IMG/VR virus record: IMGVR_UViG_3300034073_002480 | Span: 64,001-128,000 of that record | Reading direction: 5' to 3' (one strand) | Length of the DNA stretch: 64,000 bases | DNA from: a virus | Notes under the pieces: generated by a model | The model's input: the letters and a program-made list of their open reading frames with translations, nothing else | The model's database searches: none | What the model was told of the DNA's origin: nothing | Position numbers and translations under genes: made by a program | In this document: piece after piece, positions 1 to 10,254 of the stretch | How positions within the stretch are numbered: the first letter of the stretch is position 1 | How the letters are laid out: the number at the start of each line of letters is the position of its first letter

Positions 1-1
1 T

Positions 2-301
2 AGCCTGAGATATAGCTGTTTTTTCTACCTGTTCTTTAGTTTTATCTTGACCAACATAATAAGTACTATTAAATAAAACTTGTGTATGGTCATAACCTAC
101 ACGTTGATAAATAATGCTAGTCTCTTGCCAACTTTGCAGACCTTCAGAAGACTTTTTAACAGTTATAGTTTCATCTTGTGCTAAGTCGTATTTTATAGCA
201 TATTCTATAGCTTTTTGTTCATCCAACCAAATAGCTACTATATGCTCTGAATGGTAGTCATCATAGGTATCTCGAAAATAAACTATATATAGGTTATTCA
301 T
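2..301 (-). CDS. Hypothetical phage protein, truncated by window edge; paralog of 294..668
   Basis: Read by hand: ATG at 301, MNNLYIVYFRDTYDDYHSEHIVAIWLDEQKAIEYA, open to the window start; N-terminus resembles MSNLYLVWIWDGYND...DKKDAVDYA. Confidence 0.7.
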   Translation of the reverse strand, partial: MNNLYIVYFRDTYDDYHSEHIVAIWLDEQKAIEYAIKYDLAQDETITVKKSSEGLQSWQETSIIYQRVGYDHTQVLFNSTYYVGQDKTKEQVEKTAISQA

Positions 302-668
302 AATACTTCACAGCCCTATTATACAACTGATCCCAGTCAACATCTACACACATTGGTGAATAGTTATTGATAACAAGTCTGATGAACTGTTCTTGTTTCA
401 TATTTGGAGAGTAAAACCATCTAGCCTCTTGCCACAAAGCTTCTTGAGGATCATAATGTTCTCTCCTGTAGACATAATCATGTTTAAAATATTTTGGAGT
501 GAAACAAACACCGATCTCTTCTTTAGTTACAAACACAGCACCGTTATGTGGTAAATACGCAAAAGAAGCATAATCCACAGCATCTTTCTTATCTGCAAAA
601 ATGATCTGCAAATGGGGACAAGAATCATTGTAACCATCCCAAATCCATACTAAATACAAGTTACTCAT
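294..668 (-). CDS. Hypothetical phage protein
   Basis: 124 aa ORF in the dominant orientation, overlapping the next gene by a few bases. Confidence 0.75.
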   Translation of the reverse strand: MSNLYLVWIWDGYNDSCPHLQIIFADKKDAVDYASFAYLPHNGAVFVTKEEIGVCFTPKYFKHDYVYRREHYDPQEALWQEARWFYSPNMKQEQFIRLVINNYSPMCVDVDWDQLYNRAVKYYE

Positions 669-821
669 ACACTACTCTCCCTGTCTTACAGCATACAACT
701 TTTGGCTTAGATCGAACACCATTACGAAAAGTATTAAAGAACTCAACTTTTTTAATTAAAAATTCCAGATTGTCACTGTAAAACCAGAAATCATTTGACC
801 TTAGCATCATTTTATATTGTT

Positions 822-1436
822 TCATGATAATATTTTACGCATCATTTTTTTGTACTTAGGATGCTCAAGATAGTAGTCCAAACAACGATCCAGCAACCGT
901 GTCTGTACCTGTGTACCTTTTGTCTTGTATGTTGCTTTGAGCATACGCAGTGCCTCTTTGGTGTTGTAAGCCTCCAACACAGTTATAGGATAACCAGTGA
1001 CAACCTCATAGCCCAAATATAGATGAGTAGGTTTTTTCAAAGCTGGTGGTTCTAGTTGCCATAAGTCACGCTCCTCTACTACATAACCTCGCTTGGCATA
1101 TATCTTGTACCAGTACTTAGCTATCTGCAAAGCCCGTCTGTAAAGAAACACAGGATCATATCGCTTCTGGTCAGTAACGTCGCCTGTTTTAACACACAGA
1201 TACCAGTTATGTGGCGACCAGAACTTCAGACGCTCTCTTTCTAGTGTGACATCATCCTTGGCGAACAACACGAAGCCCCATAGAAAATAAGGTCTTGATG
1301 TTGGTCTATCTTCGTCATAACAAATAAGCTCGATCATATATGCGCCTAATCGCCCTGATGGATACCGTTTGTAGGCATAGGGCAACCGTATATGTTCACC
1401 GTGTGACTTAAGTAGTTGTGGATGTACAAGTTCCAT
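822..1436 (-). CDS. Hypothetical phage protein
   Basis: 204 aa ORF, no recognised motif. Confidence 0.7.
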   Translation of the reverse strand: MELVHPQLLKSHGEHIRLPYAYKRYPSGRLGAYMIELICYDEDRPTSRPYFLWGFVLFAKDDVTLERERLKFWSPHNWYLCVKTGDVTDQKRYDPVFLYRRALQIAKYWYKIYAKRGYVVEERDLWQLEPPALKKPTHLYLGYEVVTGYPITVLEAYNTKEALRMLKATYKTKGTQVQTRLLDRCLDYYLEHPKYKKMMRKILS

Positions 1437-1748
1437 ATCTATCTTTTATTCATTTCTTTGTAAGCATAGTCATAACCGCACATAATAGCGTTGGCAAACC
1501 AAGTTGTCATAAAATCTTCATCAAAAACTAAGGGGATATTATTTGCTTGGATGGTTTTAATGAACTCTTTAGCCCACTCTCTTGCATCAGGATTATCGTT
1601 TAAATGCATTTTTTACCTACTACTTTGTGCTGGAAATTGCCATGTTGTGTATATGGGTTCTTCATTAACAAACATGATGTTATATTTATTATAACCCTCA
1701 CGATCATACCAATTATCGCTATGTTCATCTTTTTTGTGATATAGTACG

Positions 1749-2033
1749 TCATTTTTGCTGATACCCTTGTATAGATTTCAGAGGTAAAGGCGCACGAGGT
1801 GCAGTTGTGTCGATGTGAGACATATTAACCACAAGCTTTGTCATACGGTTGACTACCCAGTTATGACAAGCTGGTTGTTTACTTTCAGACTTAATATGCA
1901 ACACACCTTGGATCTGGTAAATCGCTGGTTGGTCGCCAGTAAACATTATAAAATCGCCTTTGTGAACTTGTAAATCAGTTGCCAGAATTTGATCTACAAT
2001 CTCACCTTGATGGTCATAAAAATAGTGGTTCAT
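1749..2033 (-). CDS. Hypothetical protein
   Basis: 94 aa ORF, ATGA overlap with upstream ORF. Confidence 0.7.
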   Translation of the reverse strand: MNHYFYDHQGEIVDQILATDLQVHKGDFIMFTGDQPAIYQIQGVLHIKSESKQPACHNWVVNRMTKLVVNMSHIDTTAPRAPLPLKSIQGYQQK

Positions 2034-2263
2034 GCCTCTCCTGTCAATAATTTACCAAGCAGTTTATATACTATACCAGCTTCTTCCAGACCGAGACTGA
2101 TACTATCTTTAGCCTCATACTTCTGGGTTTCGGGTGATCTCTCTTGATATGAAATTGTAACACCTTTTCTATCAATGTCAGACATTTCGTTGGTCAATAC
2201 ATATCTGTAATCATCACAACATCCTTCTGGGTATATGTGGTAAACTGTAACAATATCTGTCAT
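2030..2263 (-). CDS. Hypothetical protein
   Basis: 77 aa ORF coupled to 1749..2033. Confidence 0.7.
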   Translation of the reverse strand: MTDIVTVYHIYPEGCCDDYRYVLTNEMSDIDRKGVTISYQERSPETQKYEAKDSISLGLEEAGIVYKLLGKLLTGEA

Positions 2264-2295
2264 ACTATTTATAGCCCTTTCTTTCTACGGTATTT

Positions 2296-2550
2296 ATGGA
2301 AATTGATATTCTCGATTCGTTCACACCTTCTCAGATGCATGACCCTTACACAGCTATAGATATGCTAGTAAAGGTTACAGATTTGTTACATAGAATAAAA
2401 GCAGATCCTCAGAAGGTTGACTCATTGGTTGATGATCTCTACACGTTGTCATCTTTCATTGCTAACATTAATATCCGTGACCTAGAGATCGATGTGGATG
2501 AACGTACACTAGATATGTTGGACGATGAGATAGAAGATCCCTATAAGTAA
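2296..2550 (+). CDS. Small acidic hypothetical protein (one of only two credible plus-strand genes)
   Basis: 84 aa, Asp/Glu-rich, fills a gap between minus-strand genes. Confidence 0.6.
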   Translation: MEIDILDSFTPSQMHDPYTAIDMLVKVTDLLHRIKADPQKVDSLVDDLYTLSSFIANINIRDLEIDVDERTLDMLDDEIEDPYK

Positions 2551-2643
2551 TAAGTCATGCACTAACACCAGCCAGAAGCCTGATTTTGTTACTCTGGCTT
2601 CGTGTTCTGCAATAGCGAGATCGATTTGTTTTTGGTCAATCAT
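2509..2643 (-). CDS. Small membrane protein (44 aa), not in ORF track
   Basis: Read by hand: MIDQKQIDLAIAEHEARVTKSGFWLVLVHDLLLIGIFYLIVQHI, C-terminal hydrophobic helix. Confidence 0.45.
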   Translation of the reverse strand: MIDQKQIDLAIAEHEARVTKSGFWLVLVHDLLLIGIFYLIVQHI

Positions 2644-2669
2644 AAATTTGTGTATATCTTGTGCTGTAA

Positions 2670-3017
2670 TCATAGTGGATATGCCTCTTTATTTATAGTC
2701 CATAAACGACCTTGTTCTTTATGAAAATGCCATAAAGAATCAAGACGTACTTCTGACCAACTTTGTCTCTCCCGTAGATCCAGAGTTTCATGATTATCAA
2801 AAATAACTACAAAATGTTCTGGATCACAATAACCTTCAGAATCACAGTATTCTCGTTCATGGTATTTGTCGATAACGTGGACATTGGTATCTGTTGTTAC
2901 AATATATAACTGGTTATATTGCCCGAAACACCATAGAAAGAAAATAATGATAGTCAACAAAAAAGCGCCAGCCACCAAGTTAAATGTATCTTGGTCTAAA
3001 TCCCAGATTCTACGCAT
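2670..3017 (-). CDS. Membrane-anchored hypothetical protein
   Basis: N-terminal TM segment LVAGAFLLTIIIFFLWCF. Confidence 0.7.
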   Translation of the reverse strand: MRRIWDLDQDTFNLVAGAFLLTIIIFFLWCFGQYNQLYIVTTDTNVHVIDKYHEREYCDSEGYCDPEHFVVIFDNHETLDLRERQSWSEVRLDSLWHFHKEQGRLWTINKEAYPL

Positions 3018-3352
3018 AATTCCTCGTCTATTAAATACTGATCAAATACTGCTTTGTTAATCATAGTAGCTGCTATATCTCTCTGTTCATCAATAATACA
3101 CTGGTGGCAAGCTATAGCATGATTAGTGCAATCTCCAAAGTGTTTTGAGCCATCATTTTCTTTCATATAATTATAAAACCAGTTGAAGTAATGTTTTAAA
3201 TCACTAGCTTTGTTAGCTTCTAATGAGTCAGTAGTTTCTACTACAGCGTATAGGGAAGCTGCCATAAAATCCACAAGCTCAGAGTACATTCGATTGCCAA
3301 TCTGTTGCATATATCTGTTCGGGGTTTCCATAGAATCCTTTGTCATACACAA
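2996..3352 (-). CDS. Hypothetical protein with possible Cys/His metal site
   Basis: HFGDCTNHAIACHQC motif. Confidence 0.6.
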   Translation of the reverse strand: MCMTKDSMETPNRYMQQIGNRMYSELVDFMAASLYAVVETTDSLEANKASDLKHYFNWFYNYMKENDGSKHFGDCTNHAIACHQCIIDEQRDIAATMINKAVFDQYLIDEELCVESGI

Positions 3353-3887
3353 TAAACATGGAGGTCACATTGTCACTACCTTTGCTGTCATAGCGAGGTC
3401 GTGGGTTGTAGATGATTTGGTAACGACAATGTTTTGCATTTTCTTGTAGAAATTGCGCTCTTGTTCGTGTTGGTTCTAGCCATGTTAAGCGTGGTATGAA
3501 AGCGAGTAACTCTACATGTTGCCACACCAAAGGTAGGATAGCGTCTTGCACATTATAGGGGAAATTAGTGATGCAACAATCCCACCACCTATCTCTTACA
3601 AAACCTTCGTAGTCAAAGTACTGGTACAATGCCTTTTGTTGGTTGTTATTAGATTTGTAAGTTGCATCATAATGTGAATCAGCATCTTTCGTAAGGTCAA
3701 TATCGTTGGTTGTATATACTAAATGTGGGTACTTCTGTTGCACCACATCTCGAATATGACCATCACCGACACAAGGTTCCAGCGCTGTTCGGTACTTGGT
3801 GAGATCTAAATACTTCAGCAACTCTAAAGTCAACCCTTGCTCTGTGTAGTAAGCATCATGTTGTCTACGCATCTGTGGTATCCTCAA
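3279..3887 (-). CDS. Orphan amino-DNA methyltransferase (N6-adenine/N4-cytosine type)
   Basis: YYT motif X, SAM-binding EPCVGDG motif I, catalytic TNFPY (NPPY-like) motif IV. Confidence 0.8.
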   Translation of the reverse strand: MRIPQMRRQHDAYYTEQGLTLELLKYLDLTKYRTALEPCVGDGHIRDVVQQKYPHLVYTTNDIDLTKDADSHYDATYKSNNNQQKALYQYFDYEGFVRDRWWDCCITNFPYNVQDAILPLVWQHVELLAFIPRLTWLEPTRTRAQFLQENAKHCRYQIIYNPRPRYDSKGSDNVTSMFIVYDKGFYGNPEQIYATDWQSNVL

Positions 3888-4131
3888 ACTCTACTTGGTC
3901 TGCCAAAATGCTGTAGTCTGTGGTCAACAACGACTTGAACTTCTGCCATACGAGGCGTTGACCAGTTCTGTGTGTAAGTGCCAACATAGGTCTTTTCCTG
4001 AGTCTTTCCAAAACACTGCAACAAGATTGTTCGATCAGATGGTCAGGTAAACCATAATCAACATTCTCGGAGAAAATAATCTTTAGCATAGTAACCAACC
4101 TAAAATAACAACAACAAATATACAGCCCCAA
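3865..4131 (-). CDS. Hypothetical protein (start probably at MLKIIF)
   Basis: ORF between methylase and ThyX-like gene. Confidence 0.5.
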   Translation of the reverse strand: MGLYICCCYFRLVTMLKIIFSENVDYGLPDHLIEQSCCSVLERLRKRPMLALTHRTGQRLVWQKFKSLLTTDYSILADQVEFEDTTDA

Positions 4132-4174
4132 ACATAGAAGAAAAAGTACGTCAGGACTGTATATAACACGGTAA

Positions 4175-5005
4175 TTAGACCGTAACTACCGTTTCATTAT
4201 GTTCAAGCTTATATCGCTTAGATTGCCAACCTTGTAGATTAGCATACATCTGGTCGTCATCCATATTCTGTGCAACGTGTTCAAATGGTGATAAATGAGG
4301 TGGTTGTGCAGTAGCAAGGTAGTCATGTAATGCAACATCTTTCTCAGAATCACGAGTACCATCATGTTGTAAATATGATACTCTTGCACACCGCCCTACA
4401 GATATTGCAATTAGTTTAGCAAAATCATCTAGATGATGCATTATCTCAACTTCAGATACAAAAGGTAAATGCCAACCACACTTGTTAAACTCAGCAGGTA
4501 AGGAGTCATTGTATGCAGCTTGCATGGTTTCAGCCAATACACGAATCTCTGGCTGCGCGGCAGGATGACATCTCTGTGCAAAGAAATTACTGTAATCTGT
4601 TGCTGTCACTAGAGTAGTAATAGTGTTGAAAGGCTCAAGCAAACGATTAACTACTTGCTTATGAACACCAAGCTCTACTAACTTTCTGGCAGAGGCTAGT
4701 GCATTTTCACGAGCATAATCCCATGCTAGTATAGCTTGTTGCTTAGTTATTGCATCGACTTCAGAATAAGCTTGCATCCCTTTTTGGTTAGCACCCCAAT
4801 GTAAAGGATACAAACCCAAATCCTCAACATATTTAATATTCTTTTCTACGGGGATTGCACGACTACTACTAGCATTGCGTGACCACATTCTGTAAGTCAT
4901 CACTTCCGAATGAATGTAACGATGATATGTCAATGCAAATGTAGTTAATCTACAACCATTACTATTTATAGAATCAGCAATGATTTCTGCTTTTGGTTGG
5001 AACAT
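4175..5005 (-). CDS. thyX: Flavin-dependent thymidylate synthase (ThyX/Thy1-like)
   Basis: RYIHSEVMTYRMWSRNASSSRAIP signature, HKQVVNRLLEPF, QRCHPAAQPEI, HLSPFEH; ATG at 5005 preferred over 5026. Confidence 0.85.
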   Translation of the reverse strand: MFQPKAEIIADSINSNGCRLTTFALTYHRYIHSEVMTYRMWSRNASSSRAIPVEKNIKYVEDLGLYPLHWGANQKGMQAYSEVDAITKQQAILAWDYARENALASARKLVELGVHKQVVNRLLEPFNTITTLVTATDYSNFFAQRCHPAAQPEIRVLAETMQAAYNDSLPAEFNKCGWHLPFVSEVEIMHHLDDFAKLIAISVGRCARVSYLQHDGTRDSEKDVALHDYLATAQPPHLSPFEHVAQNMDDDQMYANLQGWQSKRYKLEHNETVVTV

Positions 5006-5155
5006 TATAAAGCACCTAAAAAACAATAAGATGGTAAACCAGCATAGTCCGTGGTAAGCAGATTATTAGCGGCAATCCACTCACGACATTTTTCTTCTAC
5101 GGGAAAGCCCAGATGGATCTCACCTCGTATATTTCCTTTTTTGACAAAACCAACT

Positions 5156-5593
5156 TTAAATAACTGCATATTTTTCTCGTATTAAACCTTGTAATGTACC
5201 AAAAATAAAACAAGCAACATCGTTATTAGCACCAGTTCTTATGTTACCTTTTGAATCCATTGTATTTTGTAATGGTTTACCTTCTTTTAACAACTTCTCT
5301 ACATAATCATCTAATCTAGGATCAAACTCATACTGTAAAATTTGTTTATAAAATAGTGCAATCTCACTATCTAACCAGCCTTCTGTAGGTATAAATACTT
5401 GGTATGGTTTACCTTTTGTTGAGTAATCAGCAGCGCAACCTTCACTTCGTTTAGTAATGTACACACCTTGTTTTTGTAAGATACCAAGCCCCCATAGTGT
5501 TTCATGAATAATCATCTCACACTGTCGTTTTTGTAGAGGTTCTTGTAACCATTGTTTTATGTGCATTTTACAACCTCTTTCTCTGTAAAACAT
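5156..5593 (-). CDS. Hypothetical protein
   Basis: 145 aa ORF. Confidence 0.65.
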   Translation of the reverse strand: MFYRERGCKMHIKQWLQEPLQKRQCEMIIHETLWGLGILQKQGVYITKRSEGCAADYSTKGKPYQVFIPTEGWLDSEIALFYKQILQYEFDPRLDDYVEKLLKEGKPLQNTMDSKGNIRTGANNDVACFIFGTLQGLIREKYAVI

Positions 5594-5781
5594 TCACAAA
5601 AACCGTCAGCGTGATCCATGAATACCGCTACATTATTATCCTCTTGAAACAAAAGACAAGCAAAACCCATATGGTCACGCATACTACCTTTACTGTGTTT
5701 GAGGTTGTTCCAAGGGTGTTTTCTTACTTCCACACAGTATTGGCAATCAGCGCAAGTTCTACCATTTGTCCAGTCTTCCAT
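5557..5781 (-). CDS. Small Cys-rich putative zinc-binding protein
   Basis: CADCQYC ... C ... CECF pattern. Confidence 0.65.
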   Translation of the reverse strand: MEDWTNGRTCADCQYCVEVRKHPWNNLKHSKGSMRDHMGFACLLFQEDNNVAVFMDHADGFCECFTEKEVVKCT

Positions 5782-6556
5782 ATTCTTTATATTCTATGGG
5801 TAAAGATTCATATGTGATATATAGTGAAGGATAAGCTTGTTCTATAGAGTCCAAGTAAGGTAAAAACCATTCGTTAGGTGGTATATAGTCATGAGAGTCA
5901 CGTACACCTCTATTGCTTGAAAGATGAATTTCTCTAGCTCTTGTCGTTGCCAGCAAACACTGTGCTATTGTCTGTTCACGGTTATTGCGAGTCCAAATAT
6001 TCACATGGCTGTAGTCGATACAAAAACCGTGTCGAGCAATATCAGCTTGCAATATAGACTCCAAATTATTATAACATGGTGCATTAGGCAACATATTTTC
6101 TAGTACAATATCGAAGTATCTGTTGTCACATAGTTCCCAATCGGAAGGATCATCTTTAGCTAAAGTATAATCAAGCTCATACCAGTTATCATGTTTAAAA
6201 TTAGTAAAAGAAGCATCTGTCCACATAGCTGTGGGTTTATGGCTCTTGTACGAGTGTATCGACCACAAAGGTACATTTATATCCTCAGCACAGAAAAGCT
6301 TGTGTAAGGCGAAATACTCCGCAATGCACGAAGGGTAAGTTTCTTGTTTACGACCATCAACAAACCAAAATGCATCATGCCAAAGCACTGTGTCAATATT
6401 GTGGTGTTTGATCTTCGGGATGTCATCTGTTGTGAAGTTGATGCCTACCGCCAACTCTAGCCCCGATAGAGACAAGGGTTCTTTCAAGATTTGGTAGATT
6501 TCCAAAAATTCGTCGAAGCTACGACCTGTACAAGCTGTTGCACTTAGAACTCGCAT
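5759..6556 (-). CDS. TIM-barrel metalloenzyme (xylose isomerase/endonuclease IV-like superfamily)
   Basis: LENM, IDYSHV, EIHLSSNRGVRDSH and terminal YE metal-ligand pattern. Confidence 0.6.
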   Translation of the reverse strand: MRVLSATACTGRSFDEFLEIYQILKEPLSLSGLELAVGINFTTDDIPKIKHHNIDTVLWHDAFWFVDGRKQETYPSCIAEYFALHKLFCAEDINVPLWSIHSYKSHKPTAMWTDASFTNFKHDNWYELDYTLAKDDPSDWELCDNRYFDIVLENMLPNAPCYNNLESILQADIARHGFCIDYSHVNIWTRNNREQTIAQCLLATTRAREIHLSSNRGVRDSHDYIPPNEWFLPYLDSIEQAYPSLYITYESLPIEYKEYGRLDKW

Positions 6557-6557
6557 A

Positions 6558-7001
6558 CTAACCTCTTACTAAACCCGCACTATTTTTAGATGTATTTAAC
6601 ACTAATTCTGTTAGTTCTTCTTGTGTTGACAGACTATTAAGAATAGTGTCGATTCGTGCTTGGATTTCAGCATCTGTTGGGTATGGTCTGTAGATACGTT
6701 CATAGTGTGACTCGTTAATGTCTACAGGATAGTAAGTTTTTGTACTGAAATCAGGATGCATACAGTAGTCAAAAAAACTACTATTCATTTCATATTCATC
6801 ATCATGATCGAGGTCACTATTTAAAACATCAGAATCTGTGGTGAGTCGATAGGATCTATTTTCAACCTCCACAAAATAATTACCATTATCGTCACCAGTA
6901 GCTTCAGACCGTAGAAAGAAAGATTTGATAGTAGGGTTCTGTAGCCACCATTCTAACTGACTGACTTCTAATACTTTTTCTTGCAATTCTTTAACCAGCA
7001 T
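6558..7001 (-). CDS. Hypothetical protein, paralog of the upstream gene
   Basis: LQEK...EWW..P.I..F.....D.G..Y shared with 6991..7383. Confidence 0.7.
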   Translation of the reverse strand: MLVKELQEKVLEVSQLEWWLQNPTIKSFFLRSEATGDDNGNYFVEVENRSYRLTTDSDVLNSDLDHDDEYEMNSSFFDYCMHPDFSTKTYYPVDINESHYERIYRPYPTDAEIQARIDTILNSLSTQEELTELVLNTSKNSAGLVRG

Positions 7002-7383
7002 AGTTAGGATTCCTCATTGTTTCGTTGTCGTAGTCAGTAAAGTTAGGGTATTCATAGCACCAATGACTTGCATTGATGTCACGCATATAGTAATCATAGT
7101 CATCATCAACACTACCATCATCATCGGGATACATGTTTATATTATATGAATTACAGAAAGACTCCCATTTTGCAAGGTTAGCATACAACCAATCTTCGTT
7201 CAGTTTAATATGTGAAGGGTAGAAATTGTTATAGTGACCGCCCTCATCATTATAGTTACTACTAACTACACACTTAAACTCCAGAATATGAGGTCTTGCT
7301 GCCCACCATTCTTTCACCTCAATTTCGTGTAACTCCGCCTGTAGTTTGGTGATTTTCTCTTGTAGCTTTTCTTTCTTATTCAT
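6991..7383 (-). CDS. Hypothetical protein (start at MNKKEKLQ)
   Basis: ATG at 7383 lies right after the dUTPase stop; similar to 6558..7001. Confidence 0.7.
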   Translation of the reverse strand: MNKKEKLQEKITKLQAELHEIEVKEWWAARPHILEFKCVVSSNYNDEGGHYNNFYPSHIKLNEDWLYANLAKWESFCNSYNINMYPDDDGSVDDDYDYYMRDINASHWCYEYPNFTDYDNETMRNPNYAG

Positions 7384-7384
7384 A

Positions 7385-7927
7385 TCACACCTTCTTATCT
7401 GTTGAACCAAAAGAACCTGCACCACGTTCTGTAGTGTCATGTGCAGTGACAATAAATGTGCGATCAATCTGTCTGAAAACGGGACAAATTATCTGTACAA
7501 GACGCATACCCTTGGGCAACACAGAGTACTGAAAACCTGTTTCTGGTTCGGTGTACAAAGGTAATGGCTGCTCGACACGTAAATCATGATAGTCCAACGC
7601 TACAGCTAAACTACCCCTATAATTCTTGTCGATAGTGCCTATAGAATTAGACAACCTGACGGCTAGTTTCTTAATAGAGCTACGAGGAACAATTAAAAAG
7701 TCAATAGATTCCTGATCTTCAAAATATTGTCCCATATAATCACAATCAGTTGTCGTTTCCCAAGCTGTAATAATAACTTGTAGGTTCACAGTTGTCTGAG
7801 CTTTGAAATAAACCTTTGTGTCCTCTGGTAAACCTAAATCATAACCACAATCACCTGCGTAATTATAATCGTGGTCGCCATAGAAAGAGAGGGTTTGAGG
7901 GGTTAATGGTTGGATGTTAAGTTGCAT
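7385..7927 (-). CDS. dut: Trimeric dUTPase
   Basis: GDCGYDL, PRSS, GTIDKNYRG, RLVQ, RGAGSFGST motifs 1-5. Confidence 0.93.
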   Translation of the reverse strand: MQLNIQPLTPQTLSFYGDHDYNYAGDCGYDLGLPEDTKVYFKAQTTVNLQVIITAWETTTDCDYMGQYFEDQESIDFLIVPRSSIKKLAVRLSNSIGTIDKNYRGSLAVALDYHDLRVEQPLPLYTEPETGFQYSVLPKGMRLVQIICPVFRQIDRTFIVTAHDTTERGAGSFGSTDKKV

Positions 7928-9022
7928 TATAAATCTCTGATGGTTGTTGTTGTGTGGAAAATGCTGTGTCTGTTGTGATACAGATGTTTGATTGATGTAC
8001 GGATCAATTCTTCGTAACTAACACCTGTTTCTTCACTCATAATCTGCAATAAACCAAGATCAGTGAAGTTAAGCTCTATTGTTTCAGGTAAAGATAGAGG
8101 CTCAAAAGGTCGTGTGTAAGTAATCGGTTCAGGCATCTGGTTCTACCAAATAACGACAAAAATGGTGGTCTTCAATGTGCTGGTCTTCAAGGCGTATAAC
8201 CCAAGTATAGCAGTCAACACGTTTGCCTAACTTAGCAGGAAGATCAAGTTTACGTCTGACAATCTCTATATAATCCCAAGGTTCATAGTTGTTACAGGAC
8301 TGTAAGTCCTCTACTGTTACTTCTACTTCTAAGGTCTGTGACCATTTACCCGATGGTTTGAATAGGTCAACCACAAGCTTACCTACAATTTCAGTCCCAG
8401 TCATTGTACCAAATCTCCGTTTCTTTTTCTTTTGTACCAGACTTTCTTGAAGCAGGTGTTGGTTTTTTGCCAAAACAATAGTATTGTACAGCAACAACTA
8501 TAAGATCAAACACAGCTTTGCAGATAATAAAAGCTATATACACAAGATAGCAGATAAATACAAACCGAAAAAATTGCATTAGAATTTCAAACATAGTACC
8601 TACCAATTGTCATAGTCACTAATGTCAACTTCATACTTGACAATATAGCCTAATCCAGTAGGTGTAACTCTGTAAATTCCATCAGCACTAATACTCAACG
8701 GCTCTGTAAGCCAAATAGGTTTGCTGTCACGATATTGATACTGCACAGCATACTGCCCTGTACCTTTACAGATGTCATGTATAATGTAACGATCTCCACC
8801 ACCAATAGCACCAAGATAAGGTTCATACACATCTTGATCTAAAAGGTCAGCAACATAACCCAAACTCCTATGTTTGTCAGGGTCTCTTCTGTACTTAGCG
8901 GCTTGTTCTTCCGCCAGCGCACGTTTCAGTGGTTGTCGGTATAGCCGTGCCAACTCTTCTTGTTCTGGCGTGGCTAACCAGTCTATAACATGCTCACCAT
9001 TAGTGAACTCAATATGTAGCAT
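7927..9022 (-). other. Run of four small hypothetical CDS (7927..8136, 8129..8497, 8391..8606 membrane, 8600..9022)
   Basis: Abutting or overlapping minus-strand ORFs, no recognised domains. Confidence 0.6.
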
Positions 9023-9249
9023 AGATGAACCCTTTTAGTAATAGTTCTTGTTTTGTGTGTTGTTGTGATTGCAATTCTAGCATAACGTCATCTATTATAG
9101 TTGTCTTGCACGAAAAATCACATTGGTACATAGAACGCATAAGACTGCAATGTAGTTTTACACGTACTGTCTGGTTATCATACAGAAAGACCGTAGAAGA
9201 GAGTAATGATGGTCAACTATAAGTCTTTGTTGTTACCAACGTTCTTTTT

Positions 9250-9810
9250 CTACGGTTTATATTCTCTATAAATGTTTTGCCAAGGTTTACCCACTTTTTT
9301 ACAATACCGCAAAGCATTGTATGTCCCTCCCTTCTGCGATGCAGGGTTTAGATAAAAAACAGTTGCATCACTGTTGTCAATCATATACTGGTTACGCCAT
9401 TGTAGTTTGGAGACATGATACTGACCCACTGGCAACCCATATTTTGTTTTGTAATAAGGTTCAGTGTCTACAACAGTGATATCTGTCGCATAGTCCATAT
9501 GCTGCAACAAAATCTGACGAAACTTATTAGAGTCCCATCGTTCTGTGAATAAATCATAGCTATACGGCAAACAAATATGCAATGGCAAACCTACCTCAAT
9601 AGCAAACTGTTGTGCAGCAAGGTCAAAACCAATCTGACCACCACATACAAAACCAGCGATGTTAGAAAGGTGGTATTTACCAGCAGACTCGGTGCTGAAA
9701 AATATATGCAGTTTCTGTTTCAAGAAAGACAAGAAGCCTAGCATTTCAGACTCGCCTAGCTTCTCTGTAGATGGGAATCTATGACCACTAAACGCTATAA
9801 TTTGTGCCAT
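9250..9810 (-). CDS. SLOG-family protein (YspA/DUF1273-like)
   Basis: AFSGHR, CGGQIGFD, RNQYMIDNSD, GGTYNALRY motifs. Confidence 0.85.
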   Translation of the reverse strand: MAQIIAFSGHRFPSTEKLGESEMLGFLSFLKQKLHIFFSTESAGKYHLSNIAGFVCGGQIGFDLAAQQFAIEVGLPLHICLPYSYDLFTERWDSNKFRQILLQHMDYATDITVVDTEPYYKTKYGLPVGQYHVSKLQWRNQYMIDNSDATVFYLNPASQKGGTYNALRYCKKVGKPWQNIYREYKP

Positions 9811-10254
9811 CAGAAATCAGCCTCGTAGCCAGATAATGCTAACCAAAAACAATCTTGTGCCACAGCTTGCAGGTTTTCACCACACCAATTTGTTTCTTCT
9901 GTTTTGGTTAGCGCACGTTTGTACTCATACCTCAGTGTGTAGAGAAATAAACGCCAGCCTTGTTGCATACTCTGTGTTTTTGTGAACCACCAAGTCTGCT
10001 GTGGATTCTGTATGTTTTCATGCATAATATTGTTGACCCGTTAATTCATCTGTAATCAAACCAAACATTGAGTTATCATCGATAAATCTACGCTCTTGCG
10101 GTGTCATGGAATTATAACAGTCGCGCATATCAGCCTCAGCTTCCTCAACATACTCTATAGCCATCATGTACAATCTATACACAAGAGGATTACAGGATAA
10201 CACTAGGAAAGGTATGTTGATCAATTCTACAGAATGACCTAAACCTAAACTCAT
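9810..10254 (-). other. Two small hypothetical CDS (9810..10025, 10018..10254)
   Basis: Coupled ORFs downstream of nrdB. Confidence 0.6.
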
